Shown here: positions 12,329-23,500 of the stretch, piece by piece
How the letters are laid out: each line of letters starts with the position of its first letter
How positions within the stretch are numbered: the stretch's first letter is position 1
DNA from: Spongospora subterranea f. sp. subterranea
Taxonomy: Eukaryota
Length of the DNA: 64,000 bases
Assembly (NCBI GenBank): GCA_049724395.1
Contig: JAUGWO010000064.1
Span: 62,001 to 126,000, forward strand
Reading direction: 5' to 3'
Made by a program: the position numbers and the translations under genes
The notes under the pieces: model-generated
The model's database searches: none
Told to the model about the DNA's origin: nothing
The model's input: only the letters and a program-made list of their open reading frames with translations

Positions 12329-12850
12329 TTACGCGTGAAAAAAGTTCGATTCCTGGACATCGTCCTCACGAACCGCAATTTTGTGGATGATTGCGCAAAA
12401 CGCCATCGGATGGATTGGTGCCCCAACCGCACCCAGACCTACAGCAATCGCTTGAGGGCTTAAGGAAAAGGCGTTGGGGTAGTTCTCGATGATTTGACGC
12501 CGACAATCATCTATGTCGCTAGATTTGTTGAAGTGGAAGAGCCACCGGTAGCCTGCGTCAGTATCACGGCGACTTGGCGCCACCATCCCAAAAGTTGCAA
12601 TGGCATCTAGAACAACATGAGCGGCCGCTTGCCCGTGGACGGCAACCCACGCCTCGTTTACACGGACAGCCAATATTGGATCCTCGTCGGTGAGGCTCAA
12701 TTCTTGAATCAATATTTTCTTTGATTTGCTTGACAAACCGATTATTGTTGCAACTTGGTGGCCCGCCTTTGCAGGATCATCGCCACCAACGCTCTTGGGT
12801 AGCTTGTCCGCCAGCATCATAGACGAACTCCGCGGTCTGATTGTGTTAAG
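12329..12850 (-). pseudogene. 3' fragment of an unknown repeated gene, 5' part interrupted by transposon insertion
   Basis: 163-aa ORF. Homology to the 7698-8222 palindrome arms ends exactly at tgtgtTAA (~12849), where a different sequence begins. Confidence 0.55.
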
Positions 12851-12884
12851 GCTGTGTCTGGATGACGCATAATATCATAAAATA

Positions 12885-13309
12885 CTCCCTCCGTTCAGTG
12901 ATGATAGTCCGATTTGCGGAGTGAGCAACAGATGGGCCTGGAGCAACAGATGGGAATTTTGTGAGGTTTTAAGTTGCGCAGACGCACTGCAAATTTTCTT
13001 TCGTATCCATAGCTATAAATAGAGCCAGTTTGCCGTTCAGAGGCGGGAACTTCATATTTTCCGACTCCTTCGCCCCATCTTTGGATGACGCCATCCGACT
13101 GTTAATCTTTTGTTTTACAACATTTATTGATGAAACAGGCAAGCTTACAAGGGGTTAGTTAGTACACGGATATCGGTGCAGTGTACGTTAACCACTGGTA
13201 CGTAGATGTCAGGTTGGTCGTCTTTCCAACAATACTTACCGTTGACGATTTGCATTCCATTCAGATCACAACTCATCGTGTTCATTTGATGGAATCCATA
13301 ACTCAGCCA
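12885..13309 (+). mobile_element. Mariner/Stowaway-like terminal region
   Basis: TA followed by CTCCCTCCGT, the canonical terminus of plant-type mariner/Stowaway elements. A matching transposase fragment lies at 15885-16600. Confidence 0.65.
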
Positions 13310-13949
13310 ATCGAGTAATTACTGCTGTCGAAAACAAGGCTTCAGAGGAACCCAAGCTCATAATTTCTTCCCATGGATCCAGTACAGTACAGTAGTGTTC
13401 ATGTCGAATCAGATTCGTATTATCCGAATGGTGATGTCACCTACGTAACCCAAATTGTTGAAGGTTTTACTGAAAAAGATGCCGCGGTTGCTGGTTTGGC
13501 AATGATTGTGTATGGGCACAACACCCTAAAGTCTGGTATTACTGTTCATAACAAAAAGTGCCTGGGTGCGTGTCGAACCTGATGGTGCGAGTTTCCGAAA
13601 GAAGCCGATTGTTGAGGGATCTTGATAGCGCTTCAGTCATTCTGATTTGTTCAGCAAATTTTGTTTCGATATTCACACCCTGTCGTAGCAGCTCGGGCCC
13701 GCAAAACAGCAAACATGCTAATGGTTGTTAAAGCAGGGGTCATGGAGCAGCGTTTATCAACACTCGACGTAAACTCAACAACGAGCGTGGAGCTTTGAAA
13801 ATTTTGCCCTTGCTGGAAGTTGATGAGTTCATTCAAGAAGTTAGAGTTTGTCAGCTAACTTTTGCTTTTATTCTGCACGAAATTGAAGGTAGTTTCCCTA
13901 CTTAAGTAGAAAGTAAACTCACGCTGACATTCTGCAGACGACCCAATAT

Positions 13950-14770
13950 TTCATAATAATTCTACTTGCCCGCAACGTGAAGACTTGGATTCAGTTGGCC
14001 TGTGCTCTTGATCGCATTGGCCATTTTGGAAACGGATCAGCGGTCGGTAGAGTTGCCAGGGCCAAAGGAATAGGTTACGGAAGCGTAATCTTGTACACCA
14101 AACGAGTGATTCATGCCTTGAAGAACCTTTCTTTAAGGTATATTTATTGGCCTGATGCCTCCGAAAGAGAAAAATCAAGCGCCCTTGTATCTCATCAACC
14201 GATGGCATTCATGTCGTTCTGGCGCAGAAGCCAAACCTTGGTGGTGAGGTGTACTATAACAGAAAGTGCACATACTCCATGAATATGATGCTTACATTCG
14301 ATCACAAACGGCAAATTCGTTATCTTATCGCTGGTTGGCCAGGATCAGTTCATGATTCAAGTATATGGGAATCAGGACACGTCCACAAAGACCCCGACAG
14401 TTATTTCAGTCCTGGCCAGTATCAGTTTGGCGATTCAGGGTTTTCTCTTACCAGGCAACTGCTGGTCCCATACCGTCAACCTGCAGCTTCGGCCGCAGAA
14501 AATGAAGAATTCAACTTCAGGGCCGTGTTGTTTCAGAACATGGCAATGGCATTTTGAAAGGTCGATGGCAGTCACTTCGTGCATTACCTATTTGCATTAA
14601 CAAAGGCGTTGTCAATCTTGTTTGTGATTGGATTGTTGCCAGCTGCGTTCTGCCCTGTATCTGAGGAAGATGCCCTTAAACAAGGAGCACCAGATCAAAT
14701 CATTCATGATTCCCTTCAACAGTGGCGTCGGGACCTTCAACAGAAGGTACTGCATTACTGGGCATAACAT
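13950..14770 (+). mobile_element. PIF/Harbinger-type (DDE_Tnp_4-like) transposase pseudogene
   Basis: Frameshifted pieces QLACALDRIGHFGNG...YIYWPD, YYNRKCTYSMN...GWPGSVHDSSIW...YQFGDSGF...LLVPYR...FN and GILKGRWQSLR. Confidence 0.9.
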
Positions 14771-15629
14771 TTTATGGAAACACAAGCAATGGAATAACAT
14801 TTATGGAAACACAAGCAATGGCATAACATTTTATGGAAACACAAGAAATAAAGCTTCCTTCATCTCTTCAATGCTGTGGCCCGCCTGCTTGAGACTGGCC
14901 ACCATTTTGGCTTTGGCAGCCAGTATTGCTAAAAGTGTTTGATCTTCCCGCTTCTGGGCTTCGATCGCTGCAAGATCTTCCCTCCTCCTGTGACAAGCAA
15001 GAAATTCTCAGGATTTTCCAGAAACGTCACTATTGCCAGGATCTCGGTTTTGCTGGTGCGTTTGCGACCGATGGTGGAGACCTTCCTGGCATCGTTATCT
15101 CAATTGTTAAACCAAAATCTGCGCCCACAGGAATTCCGAATACTCCTCCAGAGGAGTATATGTACATCAGGGCTTTATTGCGATTTTCCATGCTGATTCC
15201 AGCGTTCGAAATTCATAAATTGAGAAACATTGGCGACCTCTGCGAGCAAATTGGGGTGTTTGTCTACCGAGATCCCGGCAATAGTGACGTTTTTGGAAAA
15301 TCCTGAAGATTTCCTCCTTGTCACAGAAGGAGGGAAAAACTTGCAGCGATCGAAGCCCAGAAGCGGGAAGATCAAACACTTTTAGCAATACAAATTGCCA
15401 AAGCCAACATGGTGGCCAGTCTCAAGCAGGCGGGCCACAACATTGAAGAAATAAAGGAAGCTTTATTTCTTGTGTTTCCATTGAATGTTATGCCATTGCT
15501 TGTGTTTCTATAAAATGTTGTGCCCAGTAATGCAGTACCTTCTGTTGAAGGTCGACGCTACTGTTGAAGGGAATTATGAATGATTTGATCTGGTCCTCTT
15601 TGTCCAAGGGCATCTTCCTCAGGTACAGG
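14654..15629. repeat. Inverted duplication (~370-390 bp arms, ~220 bp spacer) of the Harbinger 3' region
   Basis: 14654-15047 is the reverse complement of 15266-15629. Mirror ORFs LKVFDLPASGLRSLQ occur on both strands. The left arm includes a ~29-bp x3 tandem (ataacattttatggaaacacaagcaatgg). Confidence 0.95.
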
Positions 15630-15692
15630 TTCCTAGTGGAGATTCGTCTGATGCCAGTCGGTCAACTCAAGAAATGACAAGTTGTAGTCCGC

Positions 15693-15731
15693 AATTTTGA
15701 GACTGTCCGCAAAGCGGACAGTCTCAAAATT
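15693..15731. repeat. Perfect 18-bp-stem hairpin
   Basis: aattttgagactgtccgc-aaa-gcggacagtctcaaaatt. Confidence 0.95.
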
Positions 15732-15884
15732 TAACGAGGTGGATTATTGTTAAAAATCTCCGTGAATGCTATATTTGTGTAGATTTGTTCAAGAGATTTC
15801 GTTTGATATGCTATACCTATGTCGACCTGTGACCACCGGTAGTACAGTAGAAGGCACTAAAGCGTGTGGACGAAAACAAAAAGG

Positions 15885-16601
15885 TCGAGACATCATCCAA
15901 CAGAAAGTGAAAGAGGCTTCTTCGCGACAGGGATTCACTTTTCGAAGCATTTCACATGCCGCTCACATCCCATTGGGAACTCTCTTTAACATGTTCAAAG
16001 AAGGAAGTAGAAAGCGGGTGTGTAAAGCCCACATTGACCGAGGACAACAAACGCGAGCGGCGTCGGTTCTCTTTGTCGATGATCGATCCGAACTCTGAGT
16101 CAAATGAGTTTTACGGGATGTATGACACGGTTCATGTGGATGAAAAGTGGTTTTATCTAACAAAAATATGGAAGAAGTTTTTGTGTTGGAACTGACCACA
16201 AAAACTGGAGGATGTACTTTTGTCCTTACAGAAAGCCATGCCTTTCCGATGCGGGTTATAAACAAGGCCTTGCAACGCCGATGTGGTGCATCTTCATCTG
16301 GAGTAAGATAAAACTTCCTTATTTTTGTTAAATAAATCCACTTTTCATTTACATAAAACCGTGTTTTACATCCCGTAAAACTCATTTGACTCAGAGTTCG
16401 GATCGATCATCGACCGAAGCCGTTCCCATTTGTTGTCCTGCGTCAATGTGGGCTTTACACACTTGTTGACCCGCTTAATACTTCCTTCTCTGAATATGTT
16501 AAAGAGAGTTCCCAATCGGTGTGAGCGGCATGTGAAATGCTTCGAAAGTGGGTCTCTGTCGCAAAGAAACCTGTTTCACTTTCTGTTGGATGATGTCTCG
16601 A
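15885..16601. mobile_element. Mariner (plant/oomycete type) transposase fragment present as an inverted duplication
   Basis: KPTLTEDNKRERRRFSLSMID...MYDTVHVDEKWFYLTK on +, and a mirror copy YVNEKWIYLTKIRKFYLTPDEDAPHRRCK on -. Arms ~15885-16180 and ~16311-16601. Confidence 0.9.
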
Positions 16602-17222
16602 TATGGCTGGATGAAAATTACGATCTCGGCTATTGCGCATGCTCATACCTTTCACAAGAGCGCCAACGTGGTACCGCCAAACCATATTCTCAAAGATAGA
16701 ATTTCCAATGTCACAGCATCTTTGTGTTAGTACAAATCCCAGATGCACAGGTGGGTTGCAAGCGCATTCGTAAAGTTCGAGAGGATTCCTCGGAATGATA
16801 AATTCGGTACGAGCCAAAATATGTAATGTATCCCAAAGCTCTCGTTCACGATGTATCTTTACTAAATTGCGACGTCAGCGTAAAAAGTGACCGTCAAACC
16901 ACGCTCGGGTGCGCCCACCAATCGAAACAATTTTTAGAGTCAGCCGTAAATTCGGTAATCAATAACACGATCATTCGGTCTTGGATATTCTTGCGAACAT
17001 AAGGCGGACCAAAGAATCAACAATTGAAATTTGATCCGATGAAAACGTGAACGCCAATCACGCAGGGTTTTTTGTCATACGGTGACATCTAAAGCGCACC
17101 CAGCTGCTATGACGATTTAGCAAAGGGATACTTTTTGATTCCCACTATTCCCGACGGTGAAAACACACATTTGGTTTGCATTACAATTATTGGATTAAAT
17201 GTATATAGTTGGCGATTATCAA

Positions 17223-18242
17223 TCAATACATTGTGGACGTATGGTTTCCGTGTCCACGAGGCCTTTCCAGTCGATCTTTATTTTTCGTGATCTGAGCCAG
17301 AAAGCATAAGTGTTCATGTACACTCAGTGTGATTTCCACTAACCATATCGTACAGAACGGCGTAGTTATTACGTAAATCCAGACAGCAATGACGAAGCAA
17401 TAAATGTTTCTTCTCATCAAGCTCGCCGACTCCACGTCGATAATCCTCCACGTTTGGATACTTATTCATCTGAAAATGCATTAGGGAAAACACATTGCAC
17501 TATTACACATTGTACTTTGGTAATCATCTTTCCTCGAGTGGCATAGTACTTTGTGAACTGGCAAAATACAAATCAGCAAATATTAATCAAATTGAAAAAA
17601 ACCGACAGTATCAAGAAAATTTAGACCGCTGCTCTTTCCAGATTCCAACATTCCAGCGATTTCTTCTTGAATCGAAACGCCAAAATTGTTTCCATCCTGG
17701 ATGCTCGGAATATTGAGCTGAACCCTATTTTAAGCACCTGTAAGGTTTAAAAAAAAAGTAAAAATTGTCCTTCACCAGAGTTTTAGAATATCCAGATGCT
17801 GAATTAGCTCCAAAATTTCGACCTTCATTGTCTCCAGCAATTCAGTGACTCCCTGTACGGCATATATAAGGACGAATATTTTTTTAGCAAAACCACGGCC
17901 AAATTGTTGACCTTATTAGAAAGGGCGCCTTTCGGTGTCCTTTCCAGGATATCATGGGAAGACCGCTGTGAATTCTGTTGGGACTATCAATAAATAAGTA
18001 TTCTCAATCAAAATGAGCGCAGGGGCACAAACCTTATACAGATCCGTTAATCTGATGACCTTCATCGGCATGATGTTTTCAATGACGTTTTTGGCCTGAT
18101 CCGATATACTATCCTTGAGGGAAGACAATTCCATTGGCCGCCCATCTTCACCCATCTGAACGGCTCCGATCGTTGCAGCCGCGATCGATGCTGCACTCTC
18201 AGCCATATGACTAGCGTCACGCTCTGAAGCTGCTGACGACAT
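17223..18242 (-). CDS. Proteasome activator PA28/REG (PSME3-like), multi-exon
   Basis: Spliced translation gives DQAKNVIENIMPMKVIRL...LKLW/IQLNIPSIQDGNNFGVSIQEE...FTKYYATRGKMITK/MNKYPNVEDYRRGVGELDEK...DLRNNYAVLYDM/ITKNKDRLERPRG...MY*. Start codon uncertain. Confidence 0.92.
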
Positions 18243-18409
18243 TTCCAAACTGGTTTCTTGAACCTTTCAGTCGAATTCGGCTCACGATCGCATGTAATTT
18301 CCTAGAAATGAAGATCGTCGATCGTTTATACTGTAGACGATTGTGGCTGAGCAATACACAACCCAACAAACTCCGTCACGCACGCAATTATATCCTGAAA
18401 CAACTCTGA

Positions 18410-18945
18410 AAAATCAGGAAACGTATGAATCGACCGCCTAAAACAGGAATCGTGAGAATTGACCGTCTGTTAAATCAGGAAACGTGAGATCTACCTCCTA
18501 AAACAGGAAAACGTGTGAAATTGACCGTCTGTTAAATTAGGAAACGTGAGATCTACCTCCTAAAACAGAAAAACGTGTGAAATTGACCGTCTGTTAAATA
18601 TCATGAAACGTGAGAATCTACCTCCTGTTAAATATCATGAGACGTGAGAATCTACCTCCTAAAACAGGAAACCGTGTGAAATTGACCGTCTGTTAAATAT
18701 CATGAAACGTGAGAATCTACCTCCTGTTAAATATCATGAAACGACAGGAAAACGTGTGAAATTGACCGTCTGTTAAGCATGAAACGTGAGAATCTACCTC
18801 CTGTTATATATCATGAAACGTGAGAATCTACCTCCAGTTAAATATCATGAAACGTGAGAATCTACCTCCTAAAACAGGAAAACGCGTGAATTGACCGTCT
18901 GTTAAACAGGAAAAGTGAGAACCGATCGCGTGTTAAAACACGTGT
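18410..18945. repeat. Minisatellite of two alternating ~28-32 bp related units
   Basis: Repeated aacgtgtgaaattgaccgtctgttaaa and aacgtgagaatctacctcct(aaaacagg/gttaaatatcatg), degenerate at both edges. Confidence 0.95.
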
Positions 18946-19568
18946 GAATCCATGTTTTGTCTGCTGATCCCCATCTACTTGTCAATATTACAATCCGGTT
19001 GTTCAAAATATGTGTCTTCGTCGTGACCTTTTTACGCTAAAAAACAAAAATTAGAGCGAAAAACTCGGGCTACTTTTTCATCAACGTGAAAGAGTGATAA
19101 ACGATTCAAACAGAAGATAACCTCTCTCGACAGTATCCAAACTGTCGTTGAGGCTGCAAACTGGGACGAAAGGTGATGCTGCTCCTTCGCAAGACCTTTG
19201 TCACGGCGTACACCCTCAAGCAATTCAATTCACAATAAGTACTTGATATTGATGCAGACAGCGCGGTTGCGTCTCAGTAAGTGGCTTGATTGACATCGCC
19301 ATGGCATGATCGATGAAAACTGACGCCATTTCAAAGGAGGCAATCGACGCATAAACTGTCTTCTGGACATCTTCCAAGTGTCAAAAATCAATCCATCCTG
19401 CAACTGCAGTGGATTTATTCCATAAGAACAATGATCAACTGTAATACGTCACGACAATACCAGATGAGTCATTTGATAACCGGAACCCAAACAGCATCTT
19501 CCGCTCATGATGGGCATTCCCGAAATCGCTGAGCGGATTTGTCGTCTATTTGATTTCGTTTTCTCGTG

Positions 19569-20152
19569 ATGAATTACCAGACCGTGATGATGGTGATGAT
19601 CGGCGTTGCCGTGACCATGGGGTCCTACAGAGGGAACGCCGACCTGATGGGATTACACCTCGAACACGTCGTGGACGGGTTCGCGCACTCCCATATCGGT
19701 GATCATGGCCTGGACGGGTTCGGGCACGGCGACATCGACGGCGGCGAACATCATGCCGGGCACGGTGTCAATATCGGCGATGGCCACTTCCACAATCGCC
19801 TGGACAACGATGACCATGGCACAGAGGTGTTTCAAGGAAACGTCAATGGCAATGTCAACAGTATGTAACGCGATCTCTCTTTTGTCCAGCAACTTTCCTA
19901 CCTGTTTCAAACGTTACTTTTTTTGGGTTTGTTTCGTTACACTGGCCGGTAACGACAATTCACGTTACTGCGTATCGCTAGCGTGGCTCTGTTCGACGTT
20001 ACCGTGACTGAGCTTGTTTTGCCAATCACGTCCCTCGGCTCATGTTGTTTGTCTGTTCAGCGGTGCACACGCACAAAGAATCAAACAGCGAGCGAGGCGA
20101 TGACGGTCATGAGCACAGGATGCGCCATCATCTGCATCATCATCATCATTGA
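19569..20152 (+). CDS. Small His/Gly/Asp-rich protein with probable signal peptide (127 aa, 2 exons: 19569-19860, 20061-20152)
   Basis: A phase-1 GT(atgt)...cag intron joins the ORF to VHTHKESNSERGDDGHEHRMRHHLHHHHH*. Hydrophobic N-terminus MNYQTVMMVMIGVAVTMG. Both exons are GC-rich and His-rich. Confidence 0.8.
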
Positions 20153-20571
20153 TGGAGCCGCCCAATTCTGCAATCTTCCAAATAACTGTATTGGGCCCCG
20201 CCCAGCCCCAACATTTTATTCAATTAAAACTCCCACTCACTTCTAAAAGAACTTCCACAGCTTGATCTGAAACTCAATGGCAATTATCGTACAGAACATT
20301 TATCTGTTTGACAAAGGGTACGGTTTCCTATTGATTTGGAGCCAGTACGGTGTTTCTGTAACGAAATTCGTCGGATGCGGATGGCGCTTCGATGATGATT
20401 GTTTTTTTTTTGCGGGTTGGATGATCACCACTGCCTTTCGGCAAAACTTGACAACCCGCGACGGGTAAAGGTGCGCCGCTCGACCTCGGTCGCCCAGGGC
20501 ACCTGGCACCTGCAACATTCGGAGTTGGGTAAGTCGCTGGGGGTCGGACGGACAGACTTGACCCCACCACC

Positions 20572-23500
20572 ATGACGACCGCCCTGGACAATAAGCCAGC
20601 GACGGTTCACGAGCCGCTCCGACCCTATGGATCCATCCTGCGTGTTGAACATGTCCTCGCGCGCCACAACGATTCCGTGTATGTTGGCGATTCTGTTGCC
20701 GGGTTTCTTCATGACGTGACCGACCGTTGATTTCCAGGCTGTCGCTGGTTGTATCGCGTCGGACAAACCGCCTGTTCAGCGGCGATCAAGACGGGCTGAT
20801 TATCGTCTGGGTTGGCAAACGACGACAAATTCTCCGGTCTCGACACACACACCCGCTGATATTCCCCAAAACAGGAGCTGAATACGTTCTCGTTTGAGTG
20901 TGAACTCTATGGACATCGCCGTCCGATCACGTCCATGATCGTGTCCGATAACGCCATCAATGGATTCTATATGCTCATCAGTGCCTGTAAGATCTCGCCA
21001 AACTTTTTTTTCATCCTCCATATCTACCCCTTCCGCTCAAATTCTCGAAATTTCACCGTTTTCTTGTTATTGTTCCTTTAGCGATATTGGGTTTCAGTTC
21101 TCTCTTAAACGCTCCGACCAATTCCCATCTCATTGTTTTTTTTTCGTGCACAGCTCGGGACAACACGATCCGGATTTGGAACTCGGTCTCGATGCAGCTG
21201 CTGAACGTCCTGGAGAATATGGGCTGCTGCGCGTTCGACCTGGCCCTTGACCGGAGTCAGATGTTCGCCGGGTGTCTCGACACCCATGTCATGACGGTCG
21301 ACCTGGCGTCGCTTCCCATTGCCGTCGCCAACGAGACCGCCGTCGACGCCCAACGCTTCTGCAAATTCTTCACCCATCATCTCGGCTTCATCGTGCGTCT
21401 TTCCCTTAATATGTCGAATCGACATCTCGTTCTAAGTCTCCCGATCTTCGTCAGTATTCGTTGACGGTGGTGAAGGACTTGCTGTTCACCGGCTCCGGCG
21501 ATTTCACCATCGGTGTCTGGAACTGTCGGACGATGGAGTACCTGAAGACGATGGTCGGCCATACTGATAGTGTCACATCGCTCGCTGTTATCCCCGATCA
21601 ATATCTCATATCCGGTATCCTTGCGAATTCACTTTTTCCTAGAATTATTCTTTTACGCCGCCGGTGTTTTGAAAAATGCTTCGTTCTTCCCCCGAAACCT
21701 TTTTCATCTCGAACTTTATTTCACATTTTGCGAAATGATTTTTTTGCGTCTCCTCTGGGTACAAAATTTTGTTTCGCGGATCGTTTTTTTTAATTTGTTC
21801 CTACGAGCGATCCCTGAGGTTTTATGGACGATCCACTGCTGAGATTAGCTGTTTGTTCATTTAGGCAGTCGCGACAACAGTATCAAGTTATGGGGTCTCG
21901 ATTCCTGGCATCTGGTCCGGTCCGTTGACCTGGGCGCCGCCATTATCGCCACGTGCATAGCGGACAGCGCCCTGTTCGTGTCGACCAGCGACAACGCCAT
22001 CCAGGCGTTGGACCTGCAAACGTTCCGGCCAATCGGCCACGGGAAGTACGCGAGTTCCGTCCCGATGGTGCCATGTTCATGTGTTGAATGGCGTCCATAG
22101 GATCAGTTCGTCGTGGACGACCCTGTTTATATGCCGCGATCGACAATTCTTATTCAGCTGCGGAACCGACTCGGCAATCACGGTCTGGAGGAACGAAGAC
22201 CCAACGGGCGTGGCGTTTTTCAATCCCGCGACCAAACCAAGGACCCCCATCTGCGGGTAAGTCAATCGCTTCCGATCACCGAATCCAATCAAATGGTGTT
22301 ATCGTTCAATTGTTTTGTTTTTTTGCTTTGTAATGTTTCAGAAGCTCAGAAGCCCAAACGAACAAAGTTGTTTCCTGATTCGATCGATATTCCTTTGCGC
22401 TTTCACGCTTTCAACACCGTTTTCATCATTTTTTTTATTGAATTGTTGCCGGGAACCGCAGTTATCTAATTGGTTAATGCGGATGTTATATCCGTTGCCC
22501 CTAATCTCGGTTCAGAGAATTTTTAATTTGGGGAACCGAATCTGTCTGACCTCTGAATTCAATTGTTTGACTCTATTAACCTCCCTGTGGTTGGAGCAAT
22601 CAATCATGACCTGCATCTGATTAGGATACTGAGAGCGACGCCCGTCGTGTCGTGCAGTGCTACGTTTTCTGAACTGCTAGCTGGCGCCGGCGCCGAACGA
22701 TACGCCGATCTATTCGCCAAACATGAGGTGATTGTCCCGCGGTCTGGATCCGTAACCCTACGCTGAGCGTTGGAGTTAGATCGATCTTGAGGCGCTCCTG
22801 CTGCTGAACGATCAGGATCTGGAGCAGGTCGGGATCCCGCTGGGGACTCGACGCAAGGTCAAAGCCCAATGAAAACAGAGTGTTCAATAAGACCCACATT
22901 GACACCTTGCACGACAGATTGTGGCGATGATCGACCGTCTCTCGCACAACACACAGAGGAACACCAACGACAACGATCTGATACATTTTCTGCAATTGCT
23001 CGTTGGAATGGAAACCGTCAGCTCTGATCCAAGTATTCAGAAACGTCCACCCGTTAATCTGGTTTCGTTGACGGTTCTCCTAGGTAAGCGAACGGAAGCG
23101 TGGAACTGTGCTCGATTCATCGAGCAGTGCTTGTTGGAGATGGGAGCGGAGACCAGGCTTCGTCAGGTTGGTTCATCGCCGAACAAGAGCTCGCCGCCTA
23201 ACTGGATTTGATCACTCCGACGTTAAGGTGAACCCCGATTCCAACCCGATTCTGATCGCCAAATTGTCGTCGTTTTCGAACGATCCGATTCGACCCAAAG
23301 TCGTTTTCTATGCGCATTATGATGTATTTTCCAGGTTCGAATCGAGCTTATTTTTGTGTTTCCTCCACGTATTTTTGTCGGTTTCATGACGAAATTAACA
23401 CCTTTCGTCGACGCTTTCACCTTGTTTTCTTTCGCCAACGCTTTCTCTCTTAAATTTTGCCGACGCTTTCAGCTTTTTTTCTGTCACTCCATTCCTTCTC

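Noticed and set aside
11788..13309. LTR pair flanking the 12329-12820 ORF
   Set aside because: No TG...CA ends, primer-binding site or target duplication. One copy starts with a mariner-type terminus.
7698..16601. Whole-genome-amplification inversion chimeras as the cause of the palindromes
   Set aside because: Arms of the three large palindromes differ by many substitutions and indels, unlike fresh chimeras. Not formally excluded without reads.
18410..18945. CRISPR-like array or interstitial telomere (cctaaaa)
   Set aside because: No unique spacers, no cas genes, eukaryotic context. The cctaaaa motif is isolated within longer monomers rather than tandem.
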